Shown here piece by piece: positions 1-8,638 of a stretch of 64,000 nt of DNA (within the stretch, counting starts at the first letter, position 1; every line of letters starts with the position of its first letter). The stretch comes from a virus. Its lineage: Duplodnaviria; Heunggongvirae; Uroviricota; Caudoviricetes. The notes beneath the pieces are model-generated. The model did no database searches. It was not told the DNA's origin and saw only the letters and a list, made by a program, of their open reading frames with translations. The stretch is taken from the IMG/VR virus record IMGVR_UViG_3300037454_000478, positions 58,449-122,448 of that record; one strand, 5' to 3'. The translations under genes and the position numbers were made by a program.

Positions 1-12
1 ACGCGTGCTCTT

Positions 13-642
13 ATGGAGTATATAACCGAACACCCTGAATATGATGTGATAATCAATACAAATGCATGTACCGTTGTTAATTTGGAATTTATCAATAAAT
101 TCGTAAATGATGACAATGTGTATGAAATGGCCAAAAACCATTTTATTGGACATGTTATGGTTGTATTGCCCGGACAGGAATGGCCTATGCTTACCGGTAC
201 ATTTATGATGTTTGACCGGAAATTATACATGGATCATCTTTCGGATATTAGTAGATATGATGAATACAACGAGTATATAAGACGCACCTCATATCATCCA
301 GCCGATACGTATAATGATAAAGGGGATACTCAATGGGAAGGAGCGAGCAACGATGCTATTTGGGCTAAAATGATGGTTGATGATTGTGTTGATTTTTTAA
401 TACTACCATCAATATCCACCAGGAGTAAAGATTATATTTGGGCCACCCTTGGTGATGATGTATTCAAATTAAATATATCACCGATATATGATCAACACTT
501 CGAAATACCGTACGATGAAAGGCGAATAGTTGAACCAATAGCAATGAAGCTTGCTTTTATGGGGATGATGAATCACCATATAACCACTGATGAATATGCC
601 ACTATATTATCAAAAATATTGTATAGCTATAATAGGAAATAA
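13..642 (+). CDS. hypothetical protein (209 aa). The start may lie upstream of the window edge.
   Basis: Long ORF on the dominant + strand with no antisense competitor. No recognisable motif. Confidence 0.55.
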   Translation: MEYITEHPEYDVIINTNACTVVNLEFINKFVNDDNVYEMAKNHFIGHVMVVLPGQEWPMLTGTFMMFDRKLYMDHLSDISRYDEYNEYIRRTSYHPADTYNDKGDTQWEGASNDAIWAKMMVDDCVDFLILPSISTRSKDYIWATLGDDVFKLNISPIYDQHFEIPYDERRIVEPIAMKLAFMGMMNHHITTDEYATILSKILYSYNRK

Positions 643-653
643 ACATAAGGAAT

Positions 654-1406
654 ATGCCAAGAAAGGGAAAACCAGGGAAAAAACAAGACGGATTTGATGC
701 CGTGGATGATGTGCAGCAATATCTCTTTGGGGAAGCTGCAGAAAAACTCGGCATACCGGACGGTATTGGTGTTGATGATTTGGAGGATATGTATGAAATC
801 GATACGGAAAATATCGGTGGAGAAGCAAATACCTTGGCCGCATCCAATATACAAAACCTTTTACGTCTATATAACAACAAGGAATTTACGGATGAACACC
901 CGGATTTCAAGCGCCGTATTGATACGGAAATTGAATCTCTCCGGATGCTCTATAAGATGAAGAAGATCAATGAGATAGTCCATGATCATCTCGTTGGTTC
1001 CATCGCAAAACACCCCGGAAATGCCAGTTTATACAAGGCACTTAACGATATGCAGGGAAGGATGCTTTCCGTGGATAAGCAAATCCGTGAGCAGATAGCC
1101 GGATTCAACAAGATTATCACCGGATATCAAATGGAACTCAACTTTGCACAGGATAATGATCTTGGTGGGGATTCCGGCGGTACCGCCAGCCTCGATGACG
1201 GAAGCGTCATGTCTCGCGGCAATAAGGCATTCATCGAGGAAATGAAAAATCGTAAAAAAGAAGCCAACCAACCCACCGGCGATATCAACAACATAGATCC
1301 CGATAATTTACCTACAGGATGGAAGATTGATGAAGAAACCGGGGAGATTTATGATGATGATACCGGCGAGGTCATGGGCAAAATTAACGATATCAAAAAA
1401 CCATAA
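654..1406 (+). CDS. hypothetical protein (250 aa)
   Basis: ORF placed tightly 12 nt after the previous stop; acidic C-terminus. Confidence 0.65.
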   Translation: MPRKGKPGKKQDGFDAVDDVQQYLFGEAAEKLGIPDGIGVDDLEDMYEIDTENIGGEANTLAASNIQNLLRLYNNKEFTDEHPDFKRRIDTEIESLRMLYKMKKINEIVHDHLVGSIAKHPGNASLYKALNDMQGRMLSVDKQIREQIAGFNKIITGYQMELNFAQDNDLGGDSGGTASLDDGSVMSRGNKAFIEEMKNRKKEANQPTGDINNIDPDNLPTGWKIDEETGEIYDDDTGEVMGKINDIKKP

Positions 1407-1463
1407 AGTAACTGAAAACAAATCAAGGTATAATTATTAAGGTAGAAAAATATTATCAAAGCC

Positions 1464-1769
1464 ATGAAATCACTCACTGAATCTGTACAAACAGCCCTTA
1501 ACGAAAGTCTTGAAGGCATGCTTCAATCCCGCGCGGAGATCATTTCGAAAAACAAGAAGGGCGAGGACGAATACGGTATGATTAGACTTGACCATCCGGT
1601 CGATATTGGTGAAAATTCCGCATGTATTGATGCCATTAATGCAACCGGAAACATCGTTCGATTTGATATCGATGGCTCATCCGATGCCGTTGAGATTAAA
1701 TTCTTCTCCGATACAGTCCTCAAGGAGATCGTCAAGGAACTCGATGCAATGGTTAAAAAAATCAAATAA
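1464..1769 (+). CDS. hypothetical protein (101 aa)
   Basis: ORF followed directly by a hairpin terminator. Confidence 0.55.
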   Translation: MKSLTESVQTALNESLEGMLQSRAEIISKNKKGEDEYGMIRLDHPVDIGENSACIDAINATGNIVRFDIDGSSDAVEIKFFSDTVLKEIVKELDAMVKKIK

Positions 1770-1802
1770 CCAACATGGGAACTGATTGAACGTTCGAATA
1801 AA

Positions 1803-1831
1803 GGCTCCATCCCCGGATGAGCCTTTTTTTA
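1803..1831 (+). terminator. rho-independent terminator
   Basis: GGCTCCATCC-cc-GGATGAGCC stem followed by a T7 run. Confidence 0.7.
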
Positions 1832-1928
1832 TGCACATAATGATGGAGGTTGGACATAATGGTATTCAACCATAATTGTGTTAAAAATCATATACATATT
1901 CCTATATTACTACAATGAATTAAACGTA

Positions 1929-2216
1929 ATGATAAGGTTAACCATATATCACAGATTTAATGAATACACATTTGAAGGTGAAGGTAAACTTACCCGTATT
2001 GGGGAAGTTGAGAAATCCAATACGGCCCATGTGAAGGTTGATTTCGACAAATCCTATGAGCAGGCCGTACGTGATTTCCTGTATGATGTATCTTGTGGTG
2101 ATAAATGCAAGGTTTGCGATAATGAAAACCGGTATTTTAACGGGGAATATGTGACCAAATCCCGCATTGATGGTAACCCTATTTTAGAATTGTCAAAGAT
2201 ATCACAATACATTTAA
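1929..2216 (+). CDS. hypothetical Cys-containing protein. The ATG at 1929 is preferred over the GTG at 1878.
   Basis: ORF with a CGDKCKVC motif. Start choice is uncertain. Confidence 0.45.
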   Translation: MIRLTIYHRFNEYTFEGEGKLTRIGEVEKSNTAHVKVDFDKSYEQAVRDFLYDVSCGDKCKVCDNENRYFNGEYVTKSRIDGNPILELSKISQYI

Positions 2217-2233
2217 AAAAACACGCTATACAT

Positions 2234-2812
2234 ATGCAAATAGTACTTGTTGGTGCCCAAAGCACAGGCAAAACCAGCGTAATGAACGCATTACCAAATG
2301 AACTCAAAAAATATGGTATCCGGGAGGTCATACGTAATATGACCGCACAGGATCCGACCGTCCATATCAACCAAAATGGCGATGACTGGTCTCAAAATAG
2401 GTTCTTTTTTGAATACCTTTATCTTTTCGCCAAGTACCCCAAGTATATCTCCGACCGCGGATTATTGGATGTATGTGCATACACCCTTTGGCTTGTCCGT
2501 ACCGGAAAAGTATCACAGGAAACCTACGAGAAACAAATGTATGTTCTTCAGGATTGGATGAAAACCCATCCGGATGTCGTACATATTTATTTCCCCGCAT
2601 CCTATTTTGGTGTCGTTGATGATGGTTACCGGGATGCGAACGAAATGAACCGTCAGGAGGTCGACCAATGCGTCCGCGAGGTCATTGGTGATCTGATTGC
2701 ACGAAAATTATGGAAAGGGTACACAATTAGCGATAGTTCCATCACAGATCGAGTGAAGGAACTCAATGACATTATCAAAACATGTTTCCCCGGTGAAGAA
2801 ATAAAAATGTAA
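2234..2812 (+). CDS. P-loop NTPase, (d)NMP or nucleoside kinase-like
   Basis: Walker A motif VLVGAQSTGKTS. A downstream SDRG..DVCAY segment resembles the DR(Y) / ERS-type motif of dNMP and dN kinases. Confidence 0.6.
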   Translation: MQIVLVGAQSTGKTSVMNALPNELKKYGIREVIRNMTAQDPTVHINQNGDDWSQNRFFFEYLYLFAKYPKYISDRGLLDVCAYTLWLVRTGKVSQETYEKQMYVLQDWMKTHPDVVHIYFPASYFGVVDDGYRDANEMNRQEVDQCVREVIGDLIARKLWKGYTISDSSITDRVKELNDIIKTCFPGEEIKM

Positions 2813-2818
2813 CATATT

Positions 2819-3745
2819 ATGTTTGAAAAAGTTAACCCAAGTCATCCGGATAAAATCGCCGATCGTATAGCCGGTGCTCTTGTCGATAAGGCATATACCA
2901 TCGAGGATAATCCTAAAATTGCTATCGAGGTTCTTATCGGTCATGGGGTTTGTTTGATCCTCATTGAATCAAATATCTCATACAGGAGCCTTGATGAATA
3001 CGTAACGGAAACCGGCGAATACATCCGTGGTGGATTTGTCCGTGATACCGTATATCGAATCATCGGAACCGATGATATTGATTTGAAGACCATTTGTGTT
3101 CCGCAAGACGGATATCTCGCGGAAAACCAAGTCAACGACCTTCATTGTGGTGATAACGGCATTTTCCGTGGCGTTAAAAATACCCCGGAACAAAACGAGC
3201 TTACAAGGATCGCCGGATTCCTGTATGAAGACTGCCCATATGACGGAAAGTATCTCATTGATAATTACGCAGATAAACTTATTATCTGTCAAAGTCATGC
3301 AACCAACGAGTGGGTGGAAAACGAACTGGAAAACCACAACGTCAGCTTTGGTAATTTGATTATCAATCCCCTTGGTGACTGGACTGGCGGGATTGACGTG
3401 GATTCCGGTGCAACGAACCGTAAACTCGGATCCGATATGGGGGATGGGGTTACCGGTGGCGGAATCCATGGTAAGGATCTTTCAAAGACCGATGTATCGG
3501 TAAACATATTTGCTTGGTTATTGGTCAATGACCCGGATTACGTCAATGCCCGTGGAACCTTCCCGGGAAAACACTATGGAGATAAATGTGAATTTGAATG
3601 TGCCATTGGTGATACCAATATTGGTGGCTATCCGTTTGATTTCATTGTTAGTGTTGCTCGCGACTACATTAATGATATAGGTGGATTCGAAAAACTCGCC
3701 GAGTGGGGACTCATAAGACCTGCCATGTCCGCGATGGAAATGTAG
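2819..3745 (+). CDS. metK: S-adenosylmethionine synthetase-like protein (truncated MetK family, 308 aa)
   Basis: By-eye match to E. coli MetK motifs. SHPDKIADRIAGALVDKA matches GHPDKIADQISDAVLDA. HCGDNGIFRG matches GAGDQGLMFG. INPLGDWTGG matches INPTGRFVIGG. GGGIHGKDLSKTDVS matches GGGAFSGKDPSKVDRS. CEFECAIG matches CEIQVSYAIG. Confidence 0.7.
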   Translation: MFEKVNPSHPDKIADRIAGALVDKAYTIEDNPKIAIEVLIGHGVCLILIESNISYRSLDEYVTETGEYIRGGFVRDTVYRIIGTDDIDLKTICVPQDGYLAENQVNDLHCGDNGIFRGVKNTPEQNELTRIAGFLYEDCPYDGKYLIDNYADKLIICQSHATNEWVENELENHNVSFGNLIINPLGDWTGGIDVDSGATNRKLGSDMGDGVTGGGIHGKDLSKTDVSVNIFAWLLVNDPDYVNARGTFPGKHYGDKCEFECAIGDTNIGGYPFDFIVSVARDYINDIGGFEKLAEWGLIRPAMSAMEM

Positions 3746-3797
3746 GTAACAGGTTTCTTGTTTGTCGATTATTTTATTCATAAAGAAACGTACAAAT

Positions 3798-4049
3798 ATG
3801 AAAGACCTTAAAGAACATATGCAATCGGAGCTCAATGAATCGACCAATAAAGGTACCGAAATTGCCAATTACGTCAAAGGTTGGTTGATGGAAGCCAGTG
3901 ATGAAAGATCCGCATGGGACGTCATTATGGGCATCGAAGCCGGTGTAAATATGGCAATCACTGAACGCAATGGCATCAAAACCGATAGTAAATACAAATT
4001 TGCCACATTGGTGATGGAAAAACTATCACGCGCCCTTGGTAATTTGTAA
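3798..4049 (+). CDS. hypothetical protein (83 aa from the ATG; a TTG start at 3762 is also possible)
   Basis: ORF followed by a terminator. Confidence 0.45.
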   Translation: MKDLKEHMQSELNESTNKGTEIANYVKGWLMEASDERSAWDVIMGIEAGVNMAITERNGIKTDSKYKFATLVMEKLSRALGNL

Positions 4050-4081
4050 TAATCCAGTACACAATATTACAAACAACAAAA

Positions 4082-4110
4082 GACCCGGTTAAAACGCCGG
4101 GTCTTTTGTT
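4082..4110 (+). terminator. rho-independent terminator, overlapping a promoter variant
   Basis: GACCCGG-ttaaaacg-CCGGGTC stem followed by TTTTGTTT. Confidence 0.7.
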
Positions 4111-4144
4111 TATATTCATTAAAGTAAACTTAAACATTATACAT

Positions 4145-5014
4145 ATGTCCGAAAAATTCAAAAATTTCACTCGTACTGAAAAGGAAAAATTTGCAGTTGT
4201 TTCGTATTCCGGTGGAATGGATAGCACATGCCTCCTTCTTTATCTCCTTTCCAAGGGGTATATGATCAAAGCTATCTCGTTCGATTACGGACAGAGTCAT
4301 TCGTTGGAATTGAAACGAGCCAAAAAGATTGTGAAATACCTACAAAACATGGGTATGGCAATCAATCATCAAATCATCAACCTACAGGATGCGTTTTCCG
4401 ACAGTCAGTCCTCATTGGTTCTTGGCGAACATGCCCCGGAGGGCCACTACGAAGACGAATCCATGAAGGCAACCGTGGTGGAAAACCGTAACGTCATCTT
4501 CTCCGCCATCACATTCGGTAAGGCATTGGGTTGGGCCAAGATGAATCTCAATAGTTACAAACGTAACCTCCCGGAAGATGAGGCCCGCAAGATTTCCAAA
4601 GTCGTTATCTCCCTTGGTGTCCATGCCGGCGACCACTCCATTTATCCGGACTGTACGGAAGAGTCTGTGGAGATGGCCAAAGAACTTTACCGCATTTCCA
4701 ACTGGGACTCCGATCTCGTGGAATACGATACTCCATTCGTTAATTTCTCAAAGGCCGAGGTGTTGAACGTTGGTATCTCGAGTGCCCTTGAAATTGGCAT
4801 GAGTCATCGTCAAATCACAATGATCTTCAAGAACACGGTTTCCTGCTACAACGCCAACGAAAAAGGTGTTTCCTGCGGTAAGTGTGGAACTTGCACTGAA
4901 CGTCTTGAGGCATTTTGGAATAACAACCTGAATGACCCGGCACCGTATGTCGATGCGAATATGGGTAAGAAACCAAAAAATTGGAATTACATTCCTGTGG
5001 AGGATCAAGGATGA
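4145..5014 (+). CDS. queC: 7-cyano-7-deazaguanine synthase QueC
   Basis: VVSYSGGMDSTCLL (PP-loop motif SGGxDS). FDYGQSH. NRNVIFSAIT. SIYPDC. C-terminal CYNANEKGVSCGKCGTCTERL Zn-Cys cluster, as in QueC. Confidence 0.8.
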   Translation: MSEKFKNFTRTEKEKFAVVSYSGGMDSTCLLLYLLSKGYMIKAISFDYGQSHSLELKRAKKIVKYLQNMGMAINHQIINLQDAFSDSQSSLVLGEHAPEGHYEDESMKATVVENRNVIFSAITFGKALGWAKMNLNSYKRNLPEDEARKISKVVISLGVHAGDHSIYPDCTEESVEMAKELYRISNWDSDLVEYDTPFVNFSKAEVLNVGISSALEIGMSHRQITMIFKNTVSCYNANEKGVSCGKCGTCTERLEAFWNNNLNDPAPYVDANMGKKPKNWNYIPVEDQG

Positions 5015-5137
5015 AACACTTTACATTTACGGACGAAATAATATTAACGAACTCCAATGGAGTTCTTATTTTTTATAAAACTAATGGATCCCCAATTGAA
5101 ATCAAATAGAAAAATATTAAAATAATCAATAAATGAT

Positions 5138-7633
5138 ATGGGAAATAGTGAACTTAAAACAACAATTGAAAAAACCATTAAACCAAATGGTAGAGGTGAG
5201 ATCACAGGAAGTAACCTACAATATGTTTTGAATGAAATGGTGGATGTATTGGGCGCCGGTTATATGTATCTTGGGGATGCTACTCCAATAACATCGCCGG
5301 GTACACCCGATAATAATGTTTGTTATTTAGCCATTGAAGAAGGTAGTTATACTTACTTTGATAATATTGTTGTATCTGAACCATCGATCCTTTACTTTGA
5401 TACACAATGGCATAGTAGAACTCTTAATGGTAATTTTTCAACCGTAATACGCGCGGCTGATATTATAAATAATCTAAATAGTTCTGCAACCGATAAGGTT
5501 TTAAGTGCTGCAATGGGTAAATCACTTGCAGATAGTATAAAAAACCTAATTGATGATTTAAAAAACGGCACCCTTATCCCAAAGAACTCCGAAAATATTG
5601 AATCTTGGGAAGGCAACAATCACCCCGTGGATAATGATTTTAACGATACAATACGTACAACTGCTGGCAACGATCCTATTGATACAGATGCCGGTGGTGT
5701 GCTTTTGGCCATTAAAGCATTAAGTGATTTCAAGTGTACTGGTTTATTGGCAACTGCAGAAAACCAATTACGTTTGAAAAGCGATGGTGGTGGAGCAGTT
5801 GCCGTGGGTACTGGCTGGTATTTTCCTGTGCCAAAATTGACATATGGTGCTTTTGGAACTGCCGATGAAAATAACGGATTAATTCTTGTCGCAAAAGATG
5901 GATCCAATATTCAGAATGCAACTGTTTATTTTAAAGCACTTGCTAATGGTGTACCTACTGGTGTTACTGATGGTGTTGTTGCTTCAAGTCAGAATGTAAC
6001 ATATAATGGTAATACTTATAAGGTCTATACAACAAACGGCCCTGGATATCTCATAGTAAGTGATGTCACGTATGCGGAGACATGCGCTCGTATTGCATGG
6101 GAAGATTGGTATGATAAATTTGTTGCCCCGGATGAACAAGATGATCTTGGTGGTAGTATCGATCTTGCAGCTTTATTTACAGCAGCTCCTAACGGAACAG
6201 GTAAATTTATCGTATGCGGTGGTTCGTCAACACATGCTGAACGCATCAGTGCAAGTCAATGGAGAATTACAGATCCTGTTGGAAGAATTTCTTCACCAGT
6301 ATGGACTGATACTCCGGATGAAGTAGAAGAAGGAGAAACACAAACATATACCCATACACTTAATATTGTTGGTATATCTAATAATGGTATAGCAATAATT
6401 GAAGGCAGCTCCCAATCGTTATCGATTAATGGTACTGTTGTGAGTTATACTGATACTAATGATACTGCTATCAGTGGTGCTGTTCGTTATGAGTTGGCTA
6501 CACCAGCTACTGCTACAGTAAATATCGCCAGTGAATATACACTTAATGATGTTGGTATAGAAATGAAGGAGGGTGCTGAAGGTGAAGCAATTTTTACATG
6601 TCAGTATTCCCAAAATATTGCAGATTCGTTGGCTCTTGGTGCTCCAAAACTTAATATTCTTCGTAGTAACGCAGCTGCAATTAGTCTTGGATATGGACTT
6701 TGTATAACAGGTACGTATGTAAAAGATAAGGTAGTAACTATTCCTGATTTTATGTTACTTCAAAATGGTACAATTAATGTACTTTTCACTACACCTATTA
6801 ATACTGAAAATTCAACACTTAATGTATCATTAACAGGAGCTAAACCATTACGTATTCTTGGACAAAATCTTCCGGCTGGTGTTGTTAAGGCACAATCATA
6901 CGTCACTCTTGCATATGATGGTGAAGCGTGGAATATTATTAATATATTCTGTCCGGATTCATCATTTGACCCTGCAAGCCTTGTCGTTGATATGGGATTA
7001 GCAAGTGGTACAAAATGGGCTGTTCGTGATATTGACCTTACTAAACCAGGAGGTTTCTGTGATACTCCGTTTGTATATGAGAAGACATTCTTTAGCTGGG
7101 GCAATATCGATGGATATAATCCAAAAAATAATTCGTTTGCCAACGTTCACAACTGGGGTTCTGTTAATGGATCTGAACCATGGTATGATGGTCAACCTTA
7201 TGGTAATACTAAAGGCAATACACTTACTGGTAATATTCCTGTAGGTGAGGAATTTGATGCTGCTCGTGCTAATCTTGGTGCTCCATGGAGAATGCCGACA
7301 AATACCGAGTTCGGAGAACTTTTTAACGGATGTATTTATATTGATGCCACAGGTACGGAGATTTCCGTAGGAACTACTGATAAGAGAGTTACTGTTAATG
7401 GTATTGTGGGATTATATCTCCAATCCAAAGCAAATGGTAATAGGTTGTTTTTCGCTTGCTCCGGTCGCGGCAATGGTACGTCTTGGAACGTCCGTGGTTC
7501 GTACGGTTTCTTCTGGTCTGCGTCATTCAACTCTGCCCGTTATGCAAGGGGCTTGTACTTCGACAGTGGAGGCGTTTCTCCGCAGTACTACTACAACCGG
7601 TACTACGGGTTCGCGTTGCGCCCGGTTCAGTAA
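5138..7633 (+). CDS. DGR target protein: receptor-binding / tail fibre-like protein with a C-terminal Fib_succ/C-type-lectin-like variable domain
   Basis: 831-aa ORF. The last ~61 codons (GRGNGTSWNVRGSYGFFWSASFNSARYARGLYFDSGGVSPQYYYNRYYGFALRPVQ) are the VR, matching a TR about 970 bp downstream. Confidence 0.85.
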   Translation: MGNSELKTTIEKTIKPNGRGEITGSNLQYVLNEMVDVLGAGYMYLGDATPITSPGTPDNNVCYLAIEEGSYTYFDNIVVSEPSILYFDTQWHSRTLNGNFSTVIRAADIINNLNSSATDKVLSAAMGKSLADSIKNLIDDLKNGTLIPKNSENIESWEGNNHPVDNDFNDTIRTTAGNDPIDTDAGGVLLAIKALSDFKCTGLLATAENQLRLKSDGGGAVAVGTGWYFPVPKLTYGAFGTADENNGLILVAKDGSNIQNATVYFKALANGVPTGVTDGVVASSQNVTYNGNTYKVYTTNGPGYLIVSDVTYAETCARIAWEDWYDKFVAPDEQDDLGGSIDLAALFTAAPNGTGKFIVCGGSSTHAERISASQWRITDPVGRISSPVWTDTPDEVEEGETQTYTHTLNIVGISNNGIAIIEGSSQSLSINGTVVSYTDTNDTAISGAVRYELATPATATVNIASEYTLNDVGIEMKEGAEGEAIFTCQYSQNIADSLALGAPKLNILRSNAAAISLGYGLCITGTYVKDKVVTIPDFMLLQNGTINVLFTTPINTENSTLNVSLTGAKPLRILGQNLPAGVVKAQSYVTLAYDGEAWNIINIFCPDSSFDPASLVVDMGLASGTKWAVRDIDLTKPGGFCDTPFVYEKTFFSWGNIDGYNPKNNSFANVHNWGSVNGSEPWYDGQPYGNTKGNTLTGNIPVGEEFDAARANLGAPWRMPTNTEFGELFNGCIYIDATGTEISVGTTDKRVTVNGIVGLYLQSKANGNRLFFACSGRGNGTSWNVRGSYGFFWSASFNSARYARGLYFDSGGVSPQYYYNRYYGFALRPVQ
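7447..7630 (+). repeat. DGR variable repeat (VR)
   Basis: 184-nt near-identity with 8419-8602. 21 of 22 mismatches fall where the TR has A, mostly TAC/TTC here against AAC in the TR. Confidence 0.9.
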
Positions 7634-7673
7634 TATCGTTTTACCAACGGATAAAATAAAAGGAGTGTACCAC

Positions 7674-7691
7674 AGATGCGCCCCAGCGCAT
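7674..7691 (+). other. GC-rich hairpin downstream of the VR (candidate DGR homing-enhancer stem-loop)
   Basis: GATGCGC-ccca-GCGCATC, a 7-bp stem with a 4-nt loop, 44 nt after the VR end. Confidence 0.5.
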
Positions 7692-7735
7692 CCCATGGTG
7701 CACCCCTTAATAAATTTCAACACAGGTATTAACAT

Positions 7736-8284
7736 ATGACAATAACGGAAATAAGAAAAATAGAAGAAGACCGTAAAGATACGCTTGATGTGGTACATCT
7801 TATTAAAGAAGGTAGTTTCTATCACGCTAACGATTGGAGTGCTTGGTTAATGTCGACATACCCTATAGGGGAGGCAGTTCACAAACCCATGGTTGTTACA
7901 GTAAAAAAGTTAAAGGATGATTATCTTCATGCTTTTGTTGGTTTCCCCACAACATCATTAGCTAAATATGTACCTAATGATGGTAGTGTTGAATTTCGCC
8001 CTATCAGCGATAATCAAATAGATGTTGTTCTTAATATAGATTTTGATCAATTAACTACGGATCAAATAAGACATATGGTGGATGAATGGAAAGAAAACTT
8101 ACCAATACGTGAAAATAAGAAGCAACATCGTGAAGATAAGGATATCATTAATGAAGCAACGCGCATTACCCGTATTAGCGATGTGGTTGTTAAAATCATC
8201 TCATTACCCATGGAGGATATATCACCTAAACAAGCGTATGATATTTTAAGGGACTTACGTAAACAAATTTCCGCTTTATTTTAA
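7736..8284 (+). CDS. putative DGR accessory protein (Avd-like by position only)
   Basis: The only ORF between the VR and the TR, which is the canonical avd position. At 182 aa it is longer than typical Avd, and I saw no motif. Confidence 0.4.
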   Translation: MTITEIRKIEEDRKDTLDVVHLIKEGSFYHANDWSAWLMSTYPIGEAVHKPMVVTVKKLKDDYLHAFVGFPTTSLAKYVPNDGSVEFRPISDNQIDVVLNIDFDQLTTDQIRHMVDEWKENLPIRENKKQHREDKDIINEATRITRISDVVVKIISLPMEDISPKQAYDILRDLRKQISALF

Positions 8285-8418
8285 TAAAATAGGATGACGG
8301 TTCAGAACGATATTCATAGGTCATGCGTCTTATCTTTTTAAAAGATGGGAAAAAGTAAAGACACCACTTGGCTTCCACATGGATTCTTTGAGGCGTTCGT
8401 AAAAGGATATGACCGATA

Positions 8419-8602
8419 GTTTTTCGCTTGCTCCGGTAACGGCAATGGAACGTCTTGGAACAACCGTGGTTCGAACGGTAACTACTGGTCTGCGACATTC
8501 AACTCTGCCCGTAATGCAAGGAACTTGAACTTCAACAGTGGAGGCGTTAATCCGCAGAACAACAACAACCGGTACAACGGGTTCGCGGTGCGCCCGGTTC
8601 AG
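8419..8602 (+). repeat. DGR template repeat (TR)
   Basis: Adenine-rich copy of the VR (AAC codons where the VR has TAC, TTC, GGC or CGC). Intergenic, immediately upstream of the reverse transcriptase. Confidence 0.9.
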
Positions 8603-8638
8603 CATACACTTCTAACAGTCATCCTTTTTTCTTTATAA

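Noticed and set aside
8468-8482. GGTTCGAACGG, which resembles a tRNA T-loop
   Set aside because: It lies inside the DGR template repeat and no cloverleaf can be built around it. I found no convincing tRNA in any intergenic region of the window.
8226-8605. Minus-strand ORFs 8226..8498 and 8330..8605
   Set aside because: They are the reverse-complement reading of the DGR template repeat and its flank. The TR must stay non-coding or template-only, and their codon composition is artefactual.
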